A stretch of DNA of 55,592 nt, filler included, from Platydemus manokwari (lineage: Eukaryota): NCBI GenBank assembly GCA_037951405.1. It is 4 parts of 4 records of this genome, joined end to end, with 100 filler letters (N's around TTAATTAATTAA, not from the genome) between each part and the next. Parts side by side here need not be neighbours in the genome. Positions count along the whole stretch, not along the records: positions 11,457 to 33,222 come from JBBMOY011289205.1; 3 more parts are not named here. One strand, given 5' to 3'. The notes beneath the pieces were generated by a model that ran no database searches, had not been told where the DNA came from, and saw only the letters and a list, made by a program, of their open reading frames with translations. Of this stretch, positions 12,500-25,665 are shown piece after piece. A program made the translations under genes and the position numbers. The first letter of the stretch is position 1, and every line of letters starts with the position of its first letter.

Positions 12500-13240
12500 A
12501 AGTTCTTACTGGTTTTGAATCCAGGATTTAGTTTTGTGGGATTGACCAATTAAAAGAGATTTGATCTGAATGTGTGTCAAAAGATATCCGTCATTAGAAA
12601 AGAAAACTGGCATAAATCACAGATTGAATCGTGCATATCGTATCAATCTTCTGGATCTTTGTTTTATAATTGCAAGGGTTTTGATTATATTTTTTATAAT
12701 ATATGTTTCTCATATTTTGAGCTACAAAACGTTCTTCGTAACCGATCATAATAATATTAATTCTGTACGAAGGACACGAAAGAATAGAATTAAGTAATAA
12801 AATGAATATTTGAGATATTATCTTTCTAAGATAAAAGAAAAGGTGCTACCAAAATACAAGCTTAAAAACAAAATGATAAAACTATTGTGATAGTAATAAA
12901 TTTTTTGGACAGTCCGTTTTGGGAAATTCAAAGATTTGTTGAAAAATCAACGAGAGCGGGATGAAAGTAAATTTTAGAAAGCTATTTTGTGGACAAATAA
13001 AAATATTATGTCTTGGATGAATAATAATAAGATGATTCCACAAGACGATGTGTACTGCTTTAATATAATTCTATCCAATTCAAATAGTTATTGTTACATT
13101 TACTTTGACATTAGCCAGAGGGATGTTTTATCAAAGGATAACGTTGGGAGCAATGGAGGAAAATTAATTCGTACAAAGTTAAATAAGAATACGTATATGA
13201 AGAACAACATCAAGTAATCAAGGACGTAATGAAAGTGTCT
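12500..13240 (+). pseudogene. Possible decayed liprin-beta/kazrin-like tandem SAM-domain gene fragment
   Basis: Fragments LEKKTGINHRLNR (cf. liprin SAM1 LEKELGIKHxLHR) and FKDLLKNQRERDESKF*KAILWTNKNIMSWMN (cf. SAM2-SAM3 junction ..LxxRR..VVWTNxRVxxW) occur in the expected order, with stops and frameshifts. Recognised by eye only. Confidence 0.35.
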
Positions 13241-14184
13241 CTTAAAATATTTACTTAACAATGCCTTATGAAACCCATTTTTAAATTAAATTTTTTTTAA
13301 TAATGAATTATTAGATTTTTTTCAAAAAGAAAAAAACCTCTTTGAAATTACAGATTAAGTTTGATTGTTGTATAGAGATTGTTCATCAAGAGATTATTAA
13401 AAAAAAACTGGGAGTAACTAATCTTTGATTAAGAAATCATTTGCTTTTAAAAATGCTTTTTACCTATTTATAAAATTTTAAATGGGATGAGAAAGATTGT
13501 GTGCGAAACATTATTTTTGGTAGAACAGGTTTTAAATAAAAAAAACAATATAATTAATCAAGTGAATATTTTCTTATGTATGCCTCACATACGATGGAGA
13601 TTATTGAGAAGTTTTGTCAAAACCCATTGAGCCTTTATGATTTTTTAATATTGAATAGAATGAAAGTTTAATTTACTTTTATTTTTTAACTGTTTCAAAA
13701 TAGAAAATAACTCGTGATTATAATTAATTAATTTTTTAAAGAAAATTAATTAGTAGTTTGTCAAGAATCATTCAATATTTCTGATATACCCTCTTAAATA
13801 CATGGGGCACTCCTTGTCCATTATGACGGATTTTATGCTTTTCTTATTTTAATCAATTCTTTACTGATTTCACTTTAGTTTTTCGAAACTATGGTGAAAA
13901 TAAAACATTGTCCTGTTTACTCACATTAAGCAGTTTAAAATATACTGTGTTTTCTGTTAGAAAGAATTCTTTTTCGCTTTGATTTGAGGTGAGTGTGTGG
14001 GTGTTTTATATTAAGCCAGCACATTACTCTATGCAATTTAGTCCGTTTAAAGACTCGGGGGTAGAGTGAAAAATGGGTCATTGAATTCGGAAAGTTTCCC
14101 CATAAATGTCGTATGTATTTCGAATTTCGAAATCGGAATAATTTATTAAAAATTCATACATAAACAAGTAATTTCAATTTCTTG

Positions 14185-14400
14185 AATATTGTTGAGTGAG
14201 ATGAAATTCTACAAAATAAAGCGGATTTGCACCTTGGACCCCCACGCAAACCTACGCAACCATACAAGCAGAGTAACCAACCAATTACACCGGAGTTAAA
14301 TGCTAAACGAAAATTGGAAAAAGGCACATAATCAAACAACAACGAAAATCAAACAACACACAAAAACTAAGAAAAATAAGAACATGGGAAACCAAAGATC
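14185..14400 (+). repeat. Dispersed repeat, copy 1 (inverted relative to 21100-21372)
   Basis: TATTGTTGAGTGAGATGAAATTCT...TTGCACCTTGGA...CCATACAxGCA...AATTGGAAAAA is shared with the reverse complement of 21100-21372. Confidence 0.8.
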
Positions 14401-16107
14401 AACTAAAATAAGATTTTTATCCTCGATAAATCATAAAATATTAAAATTATTATAATATAATAATTATAATATTTGTAATTATAAATCAATTTTCTCATTG
14501 AAATATAAGGCAAATAAAACATAAAGGAAAGTAAAAATTCATTGAAAACAAACTTACTAAAATAAAACCTCCTTGAAACATGAATCAAGAAGTTATTTAC
14601 CTACTTTTCTTTGACGTAGTTTATATGTATAATATTATACAGGTATTACACGGTTATCTAATTCGGGTATATACCGCCATTATAAATAATAAGTGTAATT
14701 AAGCCCTTATGAAAGAATCAAGCCTAATTTATTTTTTCTAAAACGTGCGATATCATTCCTATAAACAAACCCAATTTAAATTATTTTGTTTTTAATATTT
14801 ATAATTGTGTTTGAAATTTGCTATAAACATTAGATGTCGTTATAGTCTTGTTCAAAATATTTTAAAAAATATTGATCGAATATCTAAATGTCAATGTGAT
14901 ATCATGTGATATGATTTATTAATATAAAAATAAAATATTACTGGGAATTTTAAAAGGCATAACTTAGTGAAAGCCAAATAAATTCACCAGTACAATATAA
15001 TTCTCTAATAATAAATATTATTGATTAAATACTTAACGTTTTACAAAGAAATAGATTTTTCCACTTTTCATATTATTATGTTTAGCCTCATTTTTCCACT
15101 ACGTTTTGAATAGATTTTTAACTCGTAGTTTTACTCAAGATTGATTGAAGACTATTGTGGACGGTCTGCTTAACAAATTTCAAGTATGCACAAACGGTTC
15201 AGAAAAGTATATAATTTCTCTTCGATAGAATAACTTAATATTCTGCGGGTCAAATATGATATCTAGTTTTTATATTTCGAACAAATGTGTGAAATGTTTT
15301 TAGAGTTGATTTTTGGTTTTGATATTATTTTGCTTCGTTAAAATCAGTGGTTCTTAAACGTTTTAGAATTTTTTGGATGATGATCTCTTGATATTATACA
15401 ATCGATATATTAAGCAATCAATTAAGAAGTAGTGAGTAGTTCAATTATGTAATCCTAGATGACCACTGACATCGATTATTATACGCAATCTTATAAGGTA
15501 AATTTATTTGTCAAAGAATATTTTTACATAAAGATTAATATCAAATAAAAAACATACAACGTGATAATTCAATGACTTTGTTCTTGGTGCTGAAAATAGT
15601 AACCATATACATTAAGAGCTACAGTATATCCAAGATTGGAATTAATCCTGTACTTCACAATTATCGGTAGGCTTATTGAATTATAAATTTACAAGAGTAA
15701 GATTTGGTGAATACTAACGTCATGTCCAAGACACTCTTCATTAAGTTTTTCCTGATGTTCCAAGTTATGTTCGACCATGGTTAAAATATTATTGAAGAAT
15801 AATTTTAAAAAATAATATCAAATAAATTGCTACAAATTTCTTTAAATTATTCTCGTAACCCGATAGAATTAGGCTTTCCTGAAATACAGTCACATAACAT
15901 TAGTTATTAGACCGTTATTTAATTTATTTATCGACTTAATAAATCATCACCTTTAACCAACAGGGTACATTTTAAAATTAGTAAAACAAAAATATTTATC
16001 TGGCTCACACATAAATCAGTCAAATCTTTTTCAATAAAATATTTTTCATTTCTCACAAAGCACAAAATCGAACGAAAATAAATTAAAGTTCCCTGCAATT
16101 AGTTCTG

Positions 16108-19100
16108 TCAACATGAAGTTTGTTTTGAGGTAAAAACATTCAAAATGGCAACTAAAACGAAAGTAGTCAAAGCTCCAAGAGCCGATCCAATCTGAGTAGC
16201 TATTCCGTGATATTGTAACCATTTGTGACCCTGGATTTGCAGTTGTATAGCGAACCAAGCTTTTTGGTATGAGAAAAGGACGGTGATCGTAAAATATGAT
16301 AAAGCCTGCATTTTAATTGTCACATTAAGATAATAAGAATAATAAAATCAATAACCGCCAGTATTTGTCCAAAAACATTTTGATTTAATATTGGTACTGG
16401 ACTTTCACAAGCCAAGAAGATTACATAAGCTGTAGCAATGCTTCCGATAGTCATTATTATCGTTATAACGAAGTCACTCATTTTCCATTTCCATACCGTG
16501 AATAAACTTGCTATTGGGTTAAGAATCTGGGAAATTGTGACAACCATGTGATATAAACGGTTACTGTATGGAAGCAAGCTATAAGATTGTATCGAACTAA
16601 GAAAACCATTAGTGAAAAATGTGATATATCCCACAATTAAAATATAACAAATGCATCTTTTATTGGATTTTCTTTCTGGATTCTCCTTCAGCAAAGATTC
16701 TAAATCAATGAAAACAGGATAAATTCAAATAGTTTACGTATGAAAAGATATTTCAATCAATTTTCATAACTTCAAGGTGTATTTAGAGTCAAGCTTTAAA
16801 TTAAACCACTGTTAGGTCAATTGCGTGATCTACTGATACACCGATTTTGTAGTATTTTCAATTGTAAAGAATCTGATAAAAACTAGAAAAACATTTTGCT
16901 CATAAATTATTATTTCCAATTCTGGCAGCTCTGTTATCATTAATGTCCAAGCTGTAAATATCTACTGTAAAATTCAGATTTTAAACCAGAGCATTTGTTA
17001 TATATCTGATATTGTTGATAATAATTATATTAATTACAATAATAGAAATAGTAATAATAATAATTAATATTATAAAACTATTAAAAAGAAGAATATAGTT
17101 TTTTTGTAGATGATCTGATGATATAATGAAACCAATCATAGATACAACATTTATCGCATATTGATATGACTATTACATTTTCATGAACAATAAGTTGTTG
17201 GCGAAATTTGGAAAATTTAGAAGAGATTTTTGTAATAAAGGCAGTTTAAGAATGTAGTTTCCATGACACGGCATCCAGTGAATATTTTTATTTAATTTCT
17301 TTAGCATAATTAATAATAGAAAAATTACCCATTTCTGTGCAATTAGTTTCATTCTGTTCATCATTCTCTCCTGGAGGATTTAGCAATTTCTCATATTTCT
17401 CAGAGATATTTCTTATTTTAAACTGATGAAAATATCTCGCATTATCAATCAATGAAAACGAAATCAGACAAATGACCAATAGCACACAAAGGAACACGAA
17501 GAATGCAGAGACCGAAAACTTTGGTGTCGGATACTTTAGTACGGAATTGGTATGAATAGTTCCGTTGATTTCTAATAAATACTATTTAGGCGATATAAAA
17601 TGCTGAAAAATGATATGTATCTAACAAAAAAAATGCTTATACTACTCCAAATGACGTGATAGACTTTATCAAACATATACGCACCTCTGAAATCGTTAAA
17701 GTCAACATAAGATTATCCGCATTCCCTTTTCGGTAAAAATAGCTATCATATTAAAAAACTGCGTGATTAAACAAGAATTGTGATTATTAATGTAGGCATT
17801 GGCAACTGTAGCATGCATTGTATATTTTTCAACAGCAAATTGAAGAGAAAAAGGACCTTTGTGTTGCGGAAAAGAACAAAATCGACCATAAGAATATGGC
17901 GTACGTTGATTACCTCAACTTGGAAATCTTAACTTGCACTATTTCAAAAAGCATCGGAAAGAAAAAGGTCCACGAGAAGTAGAAGTTCTTCGACATCGTC
18001 AAGTTTCCTTAGTCCATGGAGTGTGTCCATTAGTATTTGAAGAGATCATGAGAACCAACAGCAATGATTGACTGTGTGCACAAGAACTACATCACATCAC
18101 TGTAGTCATCTTTTTTGTAATGAATTATCTACACAATTAGGAAATACTTAAAAAGATTCTTTTATTATTGAGTTTCTATTATTTTGTTTCACCAACTATA
18201 ATTATTCTAGATAATCTAATGGTGGTTGAAAAATTAGGAAGATCTACCACCTTCTGAATTTTAAGGACCTTCTAATACAAGTTTGGTAGTCAATCCAAAG
18301 TAACACAATACCAACAACGATAAATATGATATCGCACAGAAATTCAGAATAGGAAGTGGTGCTTGGAAGCATTAAAACCAGAAATAAGGTCAACCAACTA
18401 TATAGATGATTCGTGGAGACGTTAACCTATTAGATTTTACTTCTACTGTGCTTTGATTGTACTAACTTGTCGAATTTATAAAATAATGTAGTGCCAATTT
18501 TGAAAAAATGAAGTCACCAATAAATGCTACAAACCATAGCTGAACCAATCTGGTCAAAGGTTCATTATTTCTTTCTAATATTGTTTATGAAATGTCGAGT
18601 TGTATAAATTATTCTAAAATAAGCTGTCAAATAAATAGTTTCTCATTTGTTTTATTTATTCAAATTAATTTCATTATCCAGGCGCGTTATTCTCGCAATC
18701 CATTTTATAATGCTCGAATTGATCAAAATCGAATAAAATAGTTTAAAGATATTTTTGGCCGTCGAATTTTGATTAAGTTTAAATAAAGTAATTATGAGAT
18801 AAAAATAGTGACATAAATAAGTTTATAAAAATAAATGAAAAAATTTAAATCCACACTATATCACATCTTAGATTCACCTAAAATTTTTTATGAAGAATGG
18901 TTTTGTCCCCCCCCCTTAGTTATCTGAACTGTCAATATAACTTTAGGTTTTTCTAAATTCTAATACGATTTTTTGTAAATTATATTTTTAATTACTCCCC
19001 CCATTTAAACAAAACCGTTAAAAAGATATTTAAAATCTTTTACTGGTTTTAAAATAAATAAATAATTGGAATATTATAGTAAATGATGAATGGATTTTCT

Positions 19101-20670
19101 ACTGTCACCGCAATATCAAGCAAAAATAAATAACTGATATCGATTATAAAATGCAGCACGAAGAAAACAGTCTACTTGGATTTTAATCATAACTAACAAT
19201 CTATTATGGAGTATAAACAATTATCATAAAAACATAATCAAATCACCAGTTGTTTTATTGACACAATATGGATCCCCACCAATTCCTTGTATCAATCCGA
19301 TAATTCCTGGAATCAGGCCACTTAACCCTTCACCAACATATAAGGCCGTCAAATATTGACTTGGATAATTGACTAAATACGGAACAAACGTCAAAGAGGA
19401 CGTTGTGTCAACTATAGACATCATAAACGCTAGAACCAGTAATGCTACACTTGTTTCACGCATTGTACCGAAAATGAAAACATTTGTCGTATAGGACCAG
19501 AATATTGACAATAACACCGCACAAACGAACCCGATTGACAAAATGAGATAAATTGTAATGCGTTCTAAATGTTTGATTGATCCATAACGATAGATGATCA
19601 AGTACATCAATGGTGCAATGTTTGATATCTATCAAAAAAATATAGAATTTTAATTTCGATTTATCTATTTATATACTAGAATGGTTTTAATATTGATCTT
19701 TAAATAATTTGTGAAAATCAATATTTTATTTAATATTGTCATGATTGATAAAATTTCAGATTTCGTTAGATTTGGACTCAGTTTTAGAATAGAAAAGAAT
19801 CGGTTAGAAAATATTAACCAATTGATTCGATTATTTAAACACTTATAATGATGCAGTGCTGTCATTTGAGATTTGAAAATAGCCTTGGTATCTTGTGGGA
19901 AACCAAGGAAATCCTTTATGATAACCGATTTGATTCTAAACAAATGTTTTCAATAATTTTCATAACTTTATCATGCCATGTTAAACAAGCAATAAACGTG
20001 ATTATTCAAGTGACATTTTAAGCATTGGTGCCTGCCTCCTATAATTATGACCTTTATTTAATTTAATAACATCAACCTTTTTCAAATCAATCTCAAACTC
20101 ACTTCATTATTTGACACAAAAATCATGTTGGATTCTCAAACCGATAAATAAAATAAGTTTATGAAATATGGACTAAAATTTAGTTTGCTTAATCTGTTGT
20201 CGAAATTAACTCTTCGTTATTTCAAACCCAATAATAATTAATATTTGATTTTTATAAATGGTAACTTACCCTGTTGGGTTACCAGTTTAGAATTGATCAA
20301 TTATATGTTTGATAAAAATATTATATTGTCAAGCAATACTTAGTAATGTGATAGTGTGGCCATATAAATAAATAACAATGTATAAATGAAGGAAATAATA
20401 TTTAAATTAAATGATATACCAATGAATAAAATTATAATATAATTTTCAATGATCAGAAAAATACCTGAATCAAAGTCGAAAGATATGTCGGCAATTTCCA
20501 ACCTTCTGGTTGCTGATTTACTAGAATTGGAATTTCAACCCACATTCCATTGATAGTTATCCATGAACCGATACCAAAGAGGCACAATAGTAGAATTAAC
20601 AAATACGATCCTTAATAATATTATGAGATGTGTTATTGCAAATGGATTATCTCTAACTATCATTCCTCAT
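16108..20670 (-). CDS. SLC52-family riboflavin transporter, paralog A, 6 exons, 441 aa
   Basis: Exons (minus): 20670-20658, 20610-20465, 19628-19247, 17571-17329, 16699-16356, 16305-16108, all GT-AG and in phase (1326 nt). Family motifs: FGIGSWITINGMWVEIP..PEGWKLPTYL, VDTTSSLTFVPY, YVGEGLSGLIP, NGFLSSIQSYSLLPY, GIATQIGSALGA. The 13-nt first exon is less certain. Confidence 0.93.
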
Positions 20671-21099
20671 TGGTTAAGTTGATATATTTAAATGATAAAA
20701 CCTTAATGATCCAAACTACTTATTCAGATAATGCTTATAGTCCAGTGGTGTTGAGATAAAGTTAAAAGTTCAATTAATTGAGCCTATCTATAATTTAACT
20801 GGAGATAAGGATTATTTAAATTTTTAGTTGACAATTATAGACTTAAAAAAATAAACCGGGTCCTATCAACCGTATCATTTATAAATTTAAATAATCAAGA
20901 ATCCAAACAAGTTCACATTTTGGGATTTCAAATAATACTGTTGGGTATTTATTAATAATAAATAACTGACTCCAATACAAGGTGTATTAATCAATACACA
21001 AACTACAAAGTATTAAACTTGGCTTTCAAATGGCAGTTGTCCATCTTTACATCAATTTTTATACTCGCGATCTATGGGTATTTTTTGTGTCATGTTGTA

Positions 21100-21372
21100 T
21101 CATATTTTGATATTTGTTTTTCTGTGTTCTTATTGGGTTTTTAAGTTTTTACATGAATGGGATTAGTCAATCCATATATATACATGTGTGTGTGTGTTTT
21201 GTGTAGCTATGTCATTTTTCCAATTGATTTCACCATCTAACTTCACTGTGATTGGCTGATTGCTATGCCTGTATGGCTGTGTAGGTATGAAAATGTTCAA
21301 AGTGCCAAAACAACGGTTCCAAGGTGCAATTTTGTTTCTCTTTTTGCAGAATTTCATCTCACTCAACAATAC
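21100..21372 (-). repeat. Dispersed repeat, copy 2 (inverted partner of 14185-14400)
   Basis: See copy 1. A weaker third fragment is near 22290-22365. Confidence 0.75.
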
Positions 21373-24300
21373 TGATTTCGGTAATTTTGTGTGTGAACAT
21401 ATTTCTTAGACTAGACGTTTTTTGCCATGTTATCAAATAAGTAAAATTGATGCTCAAAGTTAAATAAAATCAGGTTCCCCATTAGTGGCCTATTAAAAAT
21501 AGAACATCTACTAAAAACCCTTAGTTAGAAAATTTAACTATTGAGTTTTCATATAAACTTTAGCAATTTTAATTCAATATATGAGTCAGGACATGATTTT
21601 ATTGGTTGAAATTAACCTAATAAATACTATCAAAAAAACGTACTGAATAATTTATCATAAAATATGGTAAGGATCGACTAGAGAACAGTCTGACTTTTTC
21701 ATAAATTTGAATACTTAATTTTGATTTCATAAAAAATAACACTTTAAGATCAATATCTCCAAAATTCCCGAGACAATTCAAATAAGTAGAAATTAAACAA
21801 TAAATTCACCAACTTGACCCTAATTGCGTCCCAAAAAGTCTCTCAACAATTTTCAGAAATATTTTATGATGTCGAATTTTACAAAACTCAAAAGGGGTAG
21901 TTAAGTCTTGTGAAAAATGTACATCAACAATTATTTGTACCAATTTTACACACACACACACATATATATTTAATTTGATTATTCAAAAAAATTTTCTTGG
22001 ATAGTGAAGTAATTCATATTTCACTACAATGTACTAGTCAGTGCGTACATAAATGACTTTAAAATTCAATAAAAAGACAAATATAAAACTACGACATAAA
22101 ACTCGGCTTTCAACCGACAGTTAGTCATCTTTACATTAGTATTTATAATTAAGGTTTGAATGTAATTTTTGTATCACGTTTGATCTTTAATTTCTCAAGT
22201 TCCGGGTAGATTATCAATTTTGTGTACTCGGGATTAATCTATCTATATCAATTTTTTAGATTAGAAACTTCCACCTAAGTCCGCTCTGATTAGTTTGTGC
22301 AGGCATACAAGCACATATAGTGCTAAAATCGTGTTTGATTTGTGAGATTTCATTTTTACTCATGGATAGATTTCAAAATATAACCAGAATTATCACAAAA
22401 ATGTATGATTTCATATTTATTCGAGCATTCAAAACTCTGTGTGAGAACTATGATTGGAAAATTTTCATCTCTCGTAATTGCCATTGGTACACTGGTATAG
22501 TTATTATTTTCTGGAGGTATGCAGCAATGAATAATGGAAACCCGATCAAAGACTGTTTAGTTGGTGTGCATTATCTGACTCTGTCCATGTCACTATAAAT
22601 TATAATTATACTCATTTTATGATTAGTTCATCATCCAATTCTAAGATTCTAAATTATTTTAATGTTATAAATTTTATTTACTCTCAAAAATCGATATCAC
22701 GTGTTGCACAATAGATTGAAACATATTTCATAATATTGCCACATAAACCACATATCAGATAGTACTCTACTCCGATAGTGAGTATAAAAAAATATCCATG
22801 AAAGAGAAAATCACTAGAACAAAATCCCAAACCGCACAACTATCAGAACCCTAAATAGGGTCTAATGAATGGCGAATTGAAAAGACCAATAGAAACTCAA
22901 AATCACTTAGCAGCATTGGCCGAGACTAAACAATATCTATGAGGAAAAGAAAAAGACACAAGAAAGAAGAGCTGGGGCGTGAATTTCGACACTTGAGGTC
23001 AGTGGAAAATTCAAATCCCAGATACTGCAAATATACGAATTCCAAAACCATGATAACGATTCCAGACCCCAATATTTGACAAACATTTGTGAATATTTGA
23101 TTTTTAATATTTCGATACTTCCAGAAACGTTTGACTATTATTTGAAATAATTGACTATTAATTATAATCTTTATATTCGTGATAATTTGTAAAAAGTCTG
23201 GTTTCAAATGATTTCATTTGATGTACGAATTGATGGGAGAATAAAAAAACTATTTAATAGTTCATAATATCAAAATAATATTCGTTAAATTGAAAAATAA
23301 AAGTTAAATTAATAATCATCTAAAATTCATGGAATTTTAAAATATTCCATAAAAATTATTCTACAAAGTAGCGAAAATAATAAATTTTGGTAATTTTTAG
23401 TGGATGATAGTGGATGCAAAGTACGCAACATCGACAACTGTATAAGTCGACGCTCAAAACGATCAATACACTCAAAAATCTCGAGTCAAAAATTTAGTTG
23501 AATTTATCAGTTCGAAAATTTAGCTATACCACTAATTACTAATTTTTGGAAAAGCTCAATAATACCTTTCGGTAAACCATTAATTTTTGATAAATATACA
23601 ATAGCAATTTACGCCGAAATGATCAGACCTTTTGGTTCACAAAGTAAGTCAACAAATAATAACAAGTGTAACATAAATGCATAAAGAAAACCTAGCGTTC
23701 ATGCGTTCCATGCAAGATAACATAACCGATTTGTTTATGAAATTACATTACTAAGACTTGATAATCGTATTAATAATCTTAATCTAATAATTGTTATTGC
23801 TGTGGTATTTAATAAAATAAAACCTTATCAATATAAAATTTAGAACTCACACTGTAGAGTTATGTGTAAAATCACATTGGCATCAACTGTGATATACATA
23901 TACATATTCTCAATATTATCAATAAAACAGTAAAATAACTGCAGTGGTTTTAAAATGTTTGTTTAAACAGCACAATTAATCTTGAAAAATATGATGCTTA
24001 ATTTGTAGATTTTTACTGGGTGTGAATATATTTGTACTTTAATCATTGGATTTTCTAGAGTAATTAAATGTTTTACCACATATGAAAAATCACTAGCACA
24101 TAATTAACTGGAAATTATTTTTATTAGCGTCATTTTTGGAGGTTTGTGGAAGTAACAGAGGTTGAGGTAATCACTGACTAATTTAAAAGTTTGTATTGAC
24201 TGCTTCAATGTAGTCTTGCTATAGACAAATATTCTACTCTTTTTAGTAAAGATTTTAGTTCATAAAATCATTCAACAACTGATTAAATGTAATTTTGTCC

Positions 24301-25665
24301 GGCAATTTGATATTTACATCACTCATTTCTAATTGGTGTTTGGTCTCAATTTTCAGATATTGCATTACTCTGAGAGCTTGTTGGAAGCAAGATATTACTC
24401 GATTAATATAAGTTTACAAAATGTTATTAATAATAATTCATTAATAATTATTTTTTAGTTCCGATATTTAAATTATATAACAATTGTGACACAACAAGGA
24501 AAACCCCACAATTTAAATATAATTGCTGGGGATCTGAGATAAAATATTAAAATAACAACAATTGACATCACCGTATGATTGTATCGATTTATTATCAGTG
24601 TAAAATGTAACTTCATTTTATTTTTGTGATTTAATTGAAAATGTATCAGTTAACCAGTGCTTTGCGGTTTACTCGAAATGTATCGATAAACAGTCATAGT
24701 ATTTTATGCATGAAAATCTTATCATAACAATTTTTACGAAAAATACGTTTTTTATAATTCATTTTTTCTGGAAATCTTGGTAATGGGAATAAATAATTAA
24801 TTAATACGAAAATAATAGAAAAATAAAGTTTATAATTATTTTTTAAAAACTATATAATATTAAGTAACAACATTAAGAAATTTAGTTTACAGATAATATA
24901 ATCTATCGTGTATAATTTATTATCGATCTTTGTCTCACCTAATACTCCTAGAAGTATTTGGTTTTGCTCCACGATTTGAAGACAATTAACCGTTGCTTAT
25001 TCATAAAATTGCTAAATTTCCATCTTCTAGGAATTTATATTCAGTGTAAAGTGTATTGCTAAAATCAATCGCTAATTGCAATTTTTATATCAATTGTGTA
25101 TCTGTGTCTAACAATAAATTTAAATGTAGTTAAAGACTGTTTATTGATTTAAGTTTTATAAAATAAGCCATATAGGAAATAAGTTAAAGTATAAACTGAG
25201 ACTGATAGGAATAAAATCAAACCATATAATATTGAGTGTATTTCGAAAAAAGATAGCATAAAAGATTTATTAATTTGTACCTTGGGCTTGATTAGAACTC
25301 ATAGAGACTGATCAAGACAACAGTGATTTTCAACAAAAAAAATTAGAGACTGACTCAAATGAAAGAAAACCACCAAGCCCCAAAATCAACTAATTTAAAG
25401 CTTTATTAATATTAGATCTGCGAATATTATTAAGTTATTCGAAACCAAAACTCAAATGACAACATGTGCCCACTTTCAATCGATAATGAATTTACCTTAA
25501 GTTCGATTCCACCAGTGAACGAATAGGGAAATGGTAAAACCGATCCACTAGTATATTACAATTTTGCAACAAATTCTCATAACACACACGGACCTCATCA
25601 AATTTCAAAAATTAAATAAAACGTATATATTTGAATAAAAAATTAATTAATCTGGATATAAAAAA

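Noticed and set aside
15345-15468. Possible hAT MITE (CAGTGGTTC...GACCACTG)
   Set aside because: TIR match is only ~8 nt and there is no clear 8-bp TSD.
17105-17145. Hammerhead-ribozyme-like CTGATGA...GAAAC motif (similar one on minus at ~52100-52130)
   Set aside because: Stems I-III do not pair properly and the cleavage-site context is wrong. At best a dead remnant.
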